A DNA stretch of 64,000 nucleotides from Octopus bimaculoides (lineage: Eukaryota). Shown in pieces: positions 14,640 through 26,698 of this stretch (the first letter of the stretch is position 1; every line of letters begins with the position of its first letter). The notes under the pieces are model-generated. The model did no database searches. It saw nothing but the letters and a program-made list of their open reading frames with translations, and was not told the origin of the DNA. The DNA is taken from positions 41,757,259 to 41,821,258 of the forward strand of contig NC_068989.1 of assembly GCF_001194135.2 (NCBI RefSeq), read 5' to 3'. Both the position numbers and the translations under genes were made by a program.

Positions 14640-17600
14640 ATGCAGAGGAGTGGCTGTGTGGTTAGAAGTTTGCTTCCCCTCCATATGGTTCAGGGTTCAG
14701 TCCCACAGTGTGACACCTTGGGCAAGTGTTTTCTTTTCTCCTATAGCCTTGGGCCGACTAAAGCTTTGAGAGTGGATTTGACAGATGGAAACTGAAAGAA
14801 GCCCATTGTATATATATGTGTGTGTCTTTGAGTCTGTGTTTGTCTCCCACCACTACTTGGCAACTGATGTTGATCTGTTTATGTGCCTATAGCCTAGTGG
14901 TTTGGCCAAAGAGACTGATAGAATAAGTACCAGGCTTAAAAAAACAAAGTACCAGGATCGATTCATTTGCCTAAAATTTCTCAAAGAAACAAGTAAAAGA
15001 TAAGCTATATATATATATATATATATACTCACACACACAAACACCATATAAACATACATACATATGCAGACATATTATACACACACATTTGCTTGGAAGG
15101 CTATTGGTTTGTCCTTTCCAAAATATATATTGAGGTCACTTAGCAGAATTATTCCATTTCAGATGAAAAAAAAAAATGGTATGGTTGGAGGCACTGAGCT
15201 GATTTTATAATGGCAAGCTTCAGGTTATATTGCAGTGATGCACAATTAAATAAACATTGGCTAGCACACACAACGACAATTCAATAGTAATAATGATAAC
15301 AAAAACCAAAATAATTCACAAACAATACTAATCCAATAATGATGATGGTTAAAATAATGATGATGATGATTGCAGTGAATAGCTGACACCTTTCATTTGT
15401 AATTAATTTCACATTTTGATGTTTAAAAGCAATAACTTTGCTTTTGAAGGGGGAAAAAAAATCAGCCACAGAAAAAATTTACAAATACATATTGTCAAGA
15501 ATGATGTGGAAAACATGAAACTAAAGACCTAGTTCTCAGCAATTTGTTCATTTTTTTTTTTTTCATGCTAGCCCAGGTTAGATGAATATGGTAACGAGGT
15601 AATTTTGCAAGTAAAATATTTTTTATTCCACATAGCTTTGAAGGAGTGAAGTGAAGAGAACAAATTATTGATAGAAGTACCAGCAACAGTCTTACTCGAA
15701 TGTTTTTTGAATAAGTGAGTCAGATGTACACACAATAATTTTTCATTTAGGCATAAGACATGAAATTTTGGTCAGAGGGTCAGTTGATTCCACCAACCCA
15801 AGTACTTGATTATCACTTTATTGTATTGACTCCTAAATGGTGAAAAGCATTTTGCCTGGCATGCTAACAATTCTACCAGCTCGCTGTCTTAATAATAATA
15901 ATCAAAATGATATAGGGATAAGGCCTGAAACTTTGGGAATGGGAGCCAATCAATCACATCGATCCCATTGCTCAAATGTTCTTTTTTTATCAACAATCCT
16001 GAAGGAATGAAAGGCAAAGTTGATCTTGGAAGCATTTGAACTCAGAACACAAAGACATATGTCATAATAATAATAATAATATTAATGGTTTCAAATTTTG
16101 GCACAAGGCCAGCAATTTCGGTAGAGAATCTAGGCCAATTACATTGACCTCAGTGCTCAACTGGTATTTATTTTATTGACCTCGGTGGAACTTGAGCTCA
16201 GAACGTAAGGACAGGTGAAATGCCACTAAGCACTTTGTCCAGCATGCTAATGATTTTGCCACCTTAATAAATAATAATAATGATAATAGTAGTAGTAGTA
16301 GTAATAGTTTCTAACACAGGCACAAGAGCAAATTTATAGTGAGAGATTACTAAATTAAACCTACTTGAATGGTGCTTCATTTTATTGATCAGAGAAAGAT
16401 AAAGGTCAAAGTTGAATTTGGTGTGATTTAAACTCTTTGCATCAAACTTTGTACAGTTTATTTCACTTCTTCTGAATAGTAATTTCTATGTTTGGTACAA
16501 GGCCAAAATTTGGGCAGTGATAACAGTCAAATGCATTGATCTTCAATACATGTACTTGATTCCCTTGATCTTGGAAGGATTAAAAGATGAAGTTGACCTT
16601 AGTGGGATTTGAACTTAGGATGCAAACAGCTGGCCTAAATACTGCAAGGCATTTATCTGATGTTCATGCTTTAACCATCAATAATATTGATTTTCTTTTT
16701 CATCAAACACAGTCGATTTTATAATGGAGGAAGTAGGAAGTATAAAGCTGATTTAATCAAGCCTATGTGTCACCGCTATTTATTTTATTGAACACCGACA
16801 GATAGATGAAAGACTGCATAGAACTCAGTATATACCGATCATCTAAAGAGCTTAAAACCATCTGTATCACTTCCACCAGTCAACCAACACCTACACCACT
16901 GCTAACAATTCAATCACCACCACTACTACTACCACACTACTACTACTACTGTGGTTGTTGTTACAACCGTTACTATAATGATCAGTTAAATGACTTTGCA
17001 ATCAACCGTTTCTATTCATTAGAATTTCCAGTTGAATGAAAACAGCAAAATATTATTTGCCAAGGTCTTGTAGTTCAGGAATCACAGCAACAAAGAAGTT
17101 TTTCCTGCTACAAGAACAAAAAAAAAAAAACAAAAACAAAAAAATAATCATTTCTTGCCCTACTTCTCTCACTGAAGACATTTTAATAATTTCTTTATCA
17201 AACTCCTTACAGAATCAATGGATTGGGCATATGTAGCATGACCTCTCTTTTACACACAAGCATAATGACTCTAGTATTATTTGCTCTTTAAAACTTCCAC
17301 TCTTCAAAAGTCTTTCGAGTACCATGGTTGATCTTTTCCTTTATTTTATTTTTTTTTCACTTTTACATTAGCAATGTTTTTTTTTTGTTTATGTATGTGA
17401 AAAAGAGGGTGGGAGCCAGGGAAGTTGGGAGAGAAAGTGGAAAAGAGAATGGGAGAAACTCAAAGAGTAATTTTGTAGGCAAGAGAGAAAGCATGTTTTA
17501 AAAAGGTAATTTTTTTTTTATCTGTAGGGAAGGAATAATATAATAATTAGATAACTAACTGCTATTATATATTTATATTTCCTATTTACATTCAGCAAGT

Positions 17601-20384
17601 TTACTAAAACATCATTCTAGAATTGGTTTTTCTGTGAAAGATCATTTTGTGGGGGAGGGCAACAAATGTATAGTGTTTATATCTTTAATCTTTTATTTGT
17701 TGACCTCAGTACTAGTACTTGCTTTCTCAATCTCCTCTGCTGAACTGCTAAGTTATGGGGGATGTAAACACACAAACACTGGTTGTCAAGTTGTGATGGG
17801 GGACAAACACATACACAAACCCACACCCATGTATACAATGGGCTGCTTACAGCATCTGTTCTGTTAATCAGATCAAGTGGAACCCTCATCGTCGTAATCA
17901 ACAGAGTGCCAGTAATAGAATACGACAGGCTTCCACAGCTTGCGTCTACCAAATTCACTCACAAGGCATTCGACAACCCAGAGCTATAGTTGACACTTTC
18001 TCAAGGTCCTGTGCAGTGGGACTGCATCTGAAACCATGTGATTGCAAAACAAGCTTCTTTGCCACACATCCATGCTTGTAATTATTAATAAATTCATTAA
18101 CAACAAAACCAGAATGACAGAACATGCTGCTATGGCATACATTTATATCTGAACAGAGCATCTATTTAATCTAAAATTAATTCAATGTAAATTATCATCT
18201 ATTGCATATTTAACATTTAAAGCTAATTCTTTATCATCAGATTGTTTAGGATTCATAGCCTTAACATTTACATTACGGACAGACTAAAGTACGATACAGA
18301 TCAGTTTGATATAGTATTCATTATAAATGTATTACATTCTGATATAGATAATGATGACTTAATTGTTTAGATGCTCAAACAGTTGAGGATATCAGCAATC
18401 ATTTTCAGCAGATATACTCTTTATGTGTCTATTTAGAGAATTGCATTGCTAGTCAAGACAGGTACAGACTAATTCTTTCAGAATAGTAATTTGCCAGACA
18501 TTTGTCTGAACAAACCATAGAGAAGGATATTACTATCATCCTTGTTTTAACACCCATTTTTCCATGCTGGCATGGGTCAGACAGAATTTGCCGAACTGCT
18601 ACATTACAAGGATGTAAACACACCAACATCAGTTGTCAAGCAGTGGTGGGGCACAACTCCAGACACACACAAACACACACAAACACACAATGGGTTTCTT
18701 TCAGTTTTCATCTATGAAATTCACTCACAAGGCTTTCGTTGGCCCGACATGCCATGAAGTGGGACTGAACCCAAAAGCATCTGGTTGGGAAACAAGCCTC
18801 ACACCAGATAGCCAATGCCTGTCCCAATTTATAGTATTCTAAATAATTCGCCTCAACAAATTCGTTTTGACTCATGCAAGCATGGAAAAGTGGACGTTAA
18901 AAGAAGATGATGATAATTGTGTGTGTGTGTGTGTGAGAAAGAAACCATATGGTTCTGACAGTTTATTCTTTCAGCTAGTTATAAATCCACTTATTTATGC
19001 CATTACAGTAATCATACTGAAATTATTATTCTTTTGAAGAAAATAAATAAAAAAGGTCTTTAAAAATTAAAAAGAAAATAATAATAATGATGTGCGTTAT
19101 TTTTATATATTGGAAGACTCAACTACATGGCCGCCAATCACCTTCTCTCAATGCCGAACAATTTAGAGAGTATCAATGACTTAATATGAAGGAATATTAT
19201 TACAAAAGAAAAAAGAATTGATGTGAATGCTGTTATAACACAACATGGTTTCTCGTGATAATAATATTATTATTCAGCAAAGCAGAATTATAAGCTTTAT
19301 CGATATCCTATTCTTTTTAACAATTTTTTTGTTGATTTGTATCATCATGAATGCTATTATTATTATTACTCCTACAACTGTTATTCATGTTGTTGTTGTT
19401 GTTATTATTATTATTATTATATTTTAACATCCTTATCATTACGTTTTCAAGTGCTGAGTGAATAGAATATTTTTCACCGAAGCAAGAAATCTACTCATTT
19501 ATTGATTTATTCAAATAGAAAAGTGGTTGCCAAGCGAAAACTTAAGGAAAAAAAAAACAAAACAAATGAAACAAATTAAAAAAACCTGTGGTGGTGACTG
19601 AAGAGAAAGAGTAGGAGTTGGAAGACATATGGATATTCTCTTGTGGTGTGCTCCCTTTTTTATATGTATTTTTTGTCACTAATCAAATGACTCTTCAAAC
19701 GAGGATCTGAAGAAACCTTGGTGTGCTGCAAGATTACCAGCTCTACCATGGCTACATAGAATGGTTGTCGTTCTTGTCATTTAATCTCTGTTTGTCATGC
19801 TGGTATGGCATGGGCTGAATGGTTTGATAGGAGCTGGCCAACCAGAGAGCTGTCCAGGCGCCAATTGTCTGTTTTTGGCCTGGTGTCTATGGCTGGATGC
19901 CCTTCCCAACACCAAGCACTTTATAGAGTGTACTGGGTGCTTTTCACAGGCTACAGGCATTGGTGCATCTACATAGCACTGATAGGAGTGCATTTTAGGT
20001 GGCACTGGCACCTGCAGAATGTCATCAGCATCCTCATTATCATTCAACCTTTTAGCATTCAGATTACTCTATGAAATGTAATGCTTATTTATTTGCATTA
20101 TTTTGAATTAATCATGCATTATCTTGTAGTTTCAAGATTTCGATGATGTGACTGTTTACTTTTAGAATGGCATTGTAGCATAGGTGTGAAAAGCCTGATC
20201 AGGCTGTTTTGAACATAAAACAGCTAGAATATTTGGGCTGGATATGGCTGGTTTAAATGCTAAAATCTTAAGATCAACTATTCTGCACATGCATGAACTG
20301 AATGGATTTTCTTCTCAAGCAAGGCATTCCATGTATTATTGCTTTTTTTTTTTATCATATCCTTTGTGAAACTCAGACTCCTAA

Positions 20385-20890
20385 GATCAAGATTCCTTAC
20401 TCGTTTCCATGTCTTCCTTGGTCTACCTCTTTCATTTGTTCCTTCAACTGGGATCTCCTGATATCTTCTTTACCCAAATGTGATCCTTCAAGCACATCAC
20501 ATGCTTAGACCAGTTAAGTCTGCTCTCTTACAACACTTCTAATTCTTCTTACACCCAGTCTTCCCCACTGCCCCATTTCCACTTTGTCATTCATATACAC
20601 TAACATTGTAACACTGCACATCCAGTAGAACATGCCTGTATCATTTCTTTCTATCTAACCCACACCCTCTGTATTCAATGCCCAAATCTCAGTACCATGT
20701 AACATCTCATTTCATACACAACACATCTCAAATGGTCCACTTTTCACTCAGAGGAAGAACCCTTTGGCTGTCAGCAGAAGTAATAGCTCCCTGAGCTTTG
20801 TCTACTGTTACTTACTCTTACATCTATGTTTTCATAATAAGTACCTTCATTGCTAATTAGGTAACCAAGGTAACTGATACTATCAGTTAG
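20385..20890 (-). mobile_element. RTE LINE post-RT remnant
   Basis: The reverse strand carries decayed K.RELL.LLTAKG and W.(G)HVM motifs with multiple stops. Confidence 0.5.
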
Positions 20891-21655
20891 TTTTAGAAAG
20901 CTTTCCAAACATTTGAGGCAATTCATTTCAAAGGTGCTCTTACAATTAATTACTTATGCCTTTACTACATACAAATCTTTCAGACTGCCTGTGATCCCAA
21001 TGCATCTCATTCTTTCATATTTTTCTTTTCTTTTCTTTTATTTGTTTTATTCATTGGACTAAGGTTGTGTGGCTCAGCTGAATAAATCAACCTCAAAACT
21101 TATTTTTCTAAGCCTGGTACTTGTACTATCAGTCTCTCTTTTTTTTTTTTTTTGCTGAATTTCTAAGTTATGGAGACATAAACAAACCAACCTTAGCTTT
21201 GAAGTCTTTAATTTCGAGTAACACCTGTTGCTCAACAACAGCAACAATAAAATGTTAAATAGTGACAGGGGGGAATACTTGTAACAAGAGCAAATACTGT
21301 TTTTATATTCAATGAGATTTAATTATAGTTAAATGAAGTTCTCTAGAGTCAGGGTATAAAGAGCTGATATTGCTTGGAATGTAGCACAAATGATTCTGAG
21401 AACCGAACTTCAGTAATAATAGCAGACATAATGGTAATAATAATTCTTTCTACTACAGGCGCAAGGCCTGAAATTTGGGGGTAGGTGAGTCAGTTACACT
21501 GACCTCAGTGCTCAACTGTTACTTATGTAAGGCAAAGTCGATCTCAGTGGAATTTAAATTCAGAACATAAAAAACAGATGAATTGTCACTAAGCATTTTG
21601 CAGGCATGCTAATGATTTCTGCCAGCTGGCTACCAATAATAACTATAAAAAAAAT

Positions 21656-21687
<32 letters not shown>

Positions 21688-22044
21688 TGATGCAGTACAG
21701 GAAGTGGCTCTCATGGCTTCTGATCTTAACTAATCACAAGAGTTAATATGTAGATGTTTTGTCTTGGTGTAAAATATGGGCCACAGCAAATATTCTGCTC
21801 AATAATGCAGATTTGCTGCTTGTCAAGTGCTTGAAACTTAACCAGCTGAGGATGTCCCTTAACAACTGATGATATGTGTATCTCTGATCATGAGTAGTAG
21901 AGGAGCATCTTAGGTACAGAGAGGGATTCATTGAGGTTTGAATAATTAATTCCTGGAAACATGGGTGTTTCACTCATCATCCTTAAACAGCTTTATGCAG
22001 TGACCTTTTGAGCAGGATGGACTACTTGACCTGAAAAAAATTCT

Positions 22045-22315
22045 AACTGGGCCCCATCAGAATGGCAAAACTAAATGGTCTAAGACACTTTAGCCAGGTT
22101 CTTTACTGCTTAAAGCAACTCAAAGGCATCTGAGGTAAGATTCTCAGTCTAGTGGGCAGAATGGCACAAACAAAATAGTCTACGATACTTTAGTCTAGTC
22201 CTTTACTGCTTAAAGCAACTCAAAGGCATCTGAGGTAAGACTGTCTGACTCAAGTAGGCAGAATAGCAAATCAAAGTAGTCTAAGACACTTTAATCTGGT
22301 CCTTTACTGCTTAAA
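22045..22315. repeat. Tandem repeat with a unit of about 100 bp, about 2.7 copies
   Basis: CTTTACTGCTTAAA at 22101, 22201 and 22302; GCAACTCAAAGGCATCTGAGGTAAGA occurs twice. Confidence 0.85.
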
Positions 22316-23093
22316 CCTATTCATACATATCGATTATGTTGCTAGAGATGTCAGTACATATAAACACAAACGCGTATAAGCATCACTCCTACACACACAC
22401 ACGTGTGTGTGAGTGAGTGCTAACAGAAGGCAACATCGTAACCAATTATGAATGCAGAAACACAGGATATCCGTCAAATATTAGACAACACACTCACAAA
22501 CCCCTAGATAAAAGGATTCAAGTTGTATTTTTATCGTTTCCTTAGAAAAATCCGGACTTTTTATATTTGTAAATAAATAAAGATACCTCCATCAATTTTG
22601 ACTTATTTTCCTACCATACATATTTTTAGTCTACACTACCAAGAACTTTCGTTCATACACACATAAATAAACAAATTTTCCTTGGTTTCAGTAATGAGTT
22701 TTCCAGCTGTTCGATTAACTCGACTAATTAAATTAGCATAGGCGATGAGTATCCCACTGTCATGTGTACTCTTAACGTAATCAACAAGTAGAAAACTATA
22801 ATGATACAATGTGTGTATGGGGGTGGGAGGTGGAGCAAGGTTGATCCTTTGAATGACATATTGAGTCCGTACAAATGGTTCCCACTGTTATCAACCCCAC
22901 CACAAGTTTCACTCATAAGGCTTGCATCAAGGTGAGGCTAATGAAAAAGAAATTTTTCCAACATGCCATGTAATGGGATTGAACTCAGGATGTTACGGTT
23001 GTTAAGCAAACTTCTTAACCACTTAACTGTGCCTGCTCTACCCAGGGCAGCACGTGCACAGGCATTAAAACACACACACATACCACTATATAC

Positions 23094-23124
<31 letters not shown>

Positions 23125-23130
23125 CGTATG

Positions 23131-23164
<34 letters not shown>

Positions 23165-23557
23165 NNNNNNNNNNNNNNNNNNNNNNNNNNNNNNNNNNNN
23201 NNNNNNNNNNNNNNNNNNNNNNNNNNNNNNNNNNNNNNNNNNNNNNNNNNNNNNNNNNNNNNNNNNNNNNNNNNNNNNNNNNNNNNNNNNNNNNNNNNNN
23301 NNNNNNNNNNNNNNNNNNNNNNNNNNNNNNNNNNNNNNNNNNNNNNNNNNNNNNNNNNNNNNNNNNNNNNNNNNNNNNNNNNNNNNNNNNNNNNNNNNNN
23401 NNNNNNNNNNNNNNNNNNNNNNNNNNNNNNNNNNNNNNNNNNNNNNNNNNNNNNNNNNNNNNNNNNNNNNNNNNNNNNNNNNNNNNNNNNNNTTTTCATG
23501 AAGGAATTGGTTTATATAGAAACTGAATGAATATGGAGGGAGGGAGGGAGGGAGGGA

Positions 23558-23595
<38 letters not shown>

Positions 23596-24322
23596 AAGCA
23601 GCTTTGTTGTGTGTGGGTGTGCGTGGGTGAATGTTTGTGTGTGTATGAGAGAGAATACATAAATATACTCACACACATAAACATATACACAATGAAAATC
23701 ATTTATCTTAAACACATGTTCTGTGTGTGTGTACATAGACAGATGCTAGAACATATTCTACTTTTAGACAAAATACTTAGAATGAAACATTTTCTACCCG
23801 AGGTAGATTTGTTTGACTAAAGGCGGTGCTCCAGCATAGCCGCAGTCAAATGACAGAAAAATAAAAGAATATTTATATATATATATATATATATAAACAC
23901 AGCTCCTTTAACAACCACACCACCAACACTATAATGTGTGCCATCACACAACAGTTTTGTTACTATCATCACCAACACAATACAATCACACCATCACAAC
24001 CATACTGTTGCTAACAAATACCTTATCACCATCACTATCTCCACTCCTAGTGTAACATTTTTACTAGGCAGTGACCCTTGTTACACTATGTATCACTAGT
24101 AGTTAGGGGTCCTCAGTTGTGCTTGGGTATTAAGACAAAACATTGTCAATTCTCATGGGGGTGAAAAAAAAAAGATCATTTAACTCTAGATAGGGAGTCC
24201 TTAATTCTGTGCCTCAGAATATCAATGACGGGTGTAGATGTTCGTTGAAAAATACGGCTTTAGAATATCTTTACGGACAATTTTCACTTTGGGTACTTTA
24301 ACCAAGATGCTTCACTATTTAC

Positions 24323-24373
24323 CATTCCATCACAGTCCAAGAGTTTATCAGGGGTTGTTTCAACAACATTAGT
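24323..24373 (-). CDS. 51-nt internal exon TNVVETTPDKLLDCDGM
   Basis: Long U-rich tract ending TTTTTCATTTACTACAAG| at 24374, 17 open codons, donor ATG|GTAAAT. Phase 0-0 is compatible with 25150 and the microexon. Confidence 0.55.
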
Positions 24374-24591
24374 CTTGTAGTAAATGAAAAATTAAATGAA
24401 TAAAAATATAAACCTTGGAGCAAGTAGAAAAGCTAGAGATTCACGCGTATGGAACGATTTCTTTTCCCACATGTAGCCATCTCGTTTCAGTTGCACTTGC
24501 AAAAGAGTTGTTGGTGGCGGGGGAAGCATGGTCTTCATCCAGTTTCTTTTTAGCACCAAATTCCAGTCAGTTTAGTTTCCTAAATATTTAC

Positions 24592-24600
24592 CTCAATAAT
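24592..24600 (-). CDS. 9-nt symmetric microexon (Ile-Ile-Glu)
   Basis: Strong acceptor CATGCTGTTTGTTTCTTCAG| at 24601, exon ATTATTGAG, donor |GTAAAT. Read-through hits TAG after 3 more codons. Phase 0-0 matches the flanking exons. Confidence 0.55.
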
Positions 24601-25149
24601 CTGAAGAAACAAACAGCATGAATATCCCATTTCTCCGTTACAAATGCATCACTTTGAGTCTAACTTAAAAGAAAAATGAAACTTGTAGCGTTTTTTTTTA
24701 TTTATTTATTATTTTTTTTTTTTAAATGAAACAAATTGCGACATCAACGTCTTTCTCCTGAGAGATTTTTAAACACTACTGCTTTACCTTACTTTACTAA
24801 ACCCTATTTTTCACCCTGAATATAACAAAACTGAATGCGTATGGTAGATTTTACCTTTTCACATAAGATGGCATTTTGACAAATTTGTTTTGCTTTTTTT
24901 TTTTTTTTTTTTTTTCATACGCGACTGAAGAAATAGTTAATGAACAAACACAACAGATGTTAAGAAAAATTGTCAGCATTCCATTGAAGGTACTCTAACA
25001 AGTGTCGTGTTATAAAGACTGATATATACCTAATATAACGATGGAAAATTAAAGTAAACAACAACAGGATTAACGGCAAAAAAGAAAAAAAGACGATAAG
25101 TAAAAATGTAAAAAACAAAATCGATAAATTCACATAAGAAAAGTCTTAC

Positions 25150-25281
25150 TTCGAAATCGGGTTCGACCACTGTGGTAATTTGTACCCTAAGAGTACATCC
25201 ACGCCGTCTTGTAATGACGGGTAGTTCCTCCTCGTAAATAGTAGCCACAACAGGCTCCTGTTTGACGTTTAACTCAGCCAT
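25150..25281 (-). CDS. First coding exon (candidate isoform 1b) of an unidentified gene: MAELNVKQEPVVATIYEEELPVITRRRGCTLRVQITTVVEPDFE
   Basis: ATG at 25281 with an in-frame stop upstream, then 44 codons ending at donor GAA|GTAAGA (phase 0). Upstream acceptor TTTTTTGTCTACCCACAAATCTAG| at 25350 gives an exon of 25150-25349. Composition is protein-like and the context is CpG-rich. Confidence 0.7.
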
Positions 25282-25394
25282 GAGTGGTTCTAATCCGAAT
25301 CGACATACATACACGCATACACACACACGGTAAGATTTAAATTAGATATCTAGATTTGTGGGTAGACAAAAAAGACAGACAGATACCCGTGTGT

Positions 25395-25443
<49 letters not shown>

Positions 25444-26647
25444 TGTGTGAGTGTGTGTTGATTAATAATGGCAATAGGGGGTTAGCATCACACGAGGCAG
25501 CAGTCGCGTGGGCAATCATGTGTTTTTCGATTTGTCGATCAGGTTGATTGTCGTGAAAATAAGCGACTGCTTCTCGTCAATGAAAGAACACAAGGATATA
25601 CTATAATAGCAGAGCCTGCTATAGTACAGTAGAGCCGGGCACACTACACTGTTGAGCAGCATAGTGTCATAGAGAATTGTACAGTATAAGGAGTAAACTA
25701 GTGGTCATTGAGATACTGCGGTACCATATTTTGATGTTTTCAGACAAAACGACGGTGGTTGGCCGGTAAGAATCTCAGAATGGTAACACTTCAGAAATGG
25801 TTAAAGCGGACAGATGTTGATGTCTTCAAGTCATTGCTGCTGTTGATGATGATGATGATGATGATGATGACTAGGGTAGTGGTAACAGTACTAATACACC
25901 GAAGAGGGTCTCCAAGTCCCCAAACTAGGAAACGACACGTTTTGTCAACGCGAACCGATCGTAGAAATGTCGTTCATTTTCTTGTTTTATTTCCCCCCCT
26001 TTCTTCTGTTTTCCCACACTGTATATCCATACATCGTTAAGAAAGGAAGATCTCCGATCGAGGGTTCCGAATTTTGCCCCCTAATCACATTCGGTACACT
26101 TCTCCAGCCATATGTAAAGTGATAGAGAAGTGAAGTTGTTGGTAACGAATAAACGAGCGACAACCACGACACATCATCCCACCCCATCGACAATAACGAT
26201 CCTAGTGACGATCTCATAGAACGGCTGTTGCCAATTATAGTGATGATGATGATGGTGGTGGTGGTGGTGGTAATAGGTGATATTTATAAAGCAGTAGGAA
26301 TATGTGATGTGAGCAATGGTGGTTGTGATAGCATAAAGGTTGGTAATGTGGTGCGGTGTTGGAGCTGAGTGTTGACGTTGTTGTTAGCATATATCAGTGA
26401 TGAGGTGTTGATGGTATCAAACGATGTTAGGGTGGCGGTGTTTCTGATGTTAGGGTGTTGTTGCTGTTGGCGTGCTATTGTGATTAAAGAGATATTAGTT
26501 TGGTGGTGTAATCGGCAGGATGTAGATAACAGACATGAAAATCAGATCGAGAACGTGTTCGATGATGATGATAACAGGAACAAAGATCCAGTGTGAAAGT
26601 GTGTGCGAGAGAGGAGAGAGAGGTGAGAAAGAGAGAGGTGGACTTAC

Positions 26648-26698
26648 GTCGGGAGAGAGAGTCACACAACACCAACAGGAGACCAAACATTTATACAT
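26648..26698 (-). CDS. Candidate alternative first coding exon (1a) with Cys-rich N-terminus MYKCLVSCWCCVTLSPD, or a uORF
   Basis: ATG at 26698 and 17 codons to a perfect donor GAC|GTAAGT at 26647 (phase 0). A possible 68-nt upstream intron at 26709-26776 (GTATGT...CTGTAACTAG) is pyrimidine-rich. Confidence 0.45.

Noticed and set aside
21743-21973. 76-aa minus-strand ORF
   Set aside because: No splice support or recognisable domain. It looks like interspersed-repeat sequence.
23538-23556. (GGGA)5 G-quadruplex-capable tract
   Set aside because: It is an ordinary part of a compound GA microsatellite.
24380-24560. Minus-strand frame with KRDGYMWEKK resembling the CG-1/CAMTA motif
   Set aside because: There is an upstream stop with no acceptor in frame, the similarity is limited to a few residues, and it lies in the intron between better-supported exons.
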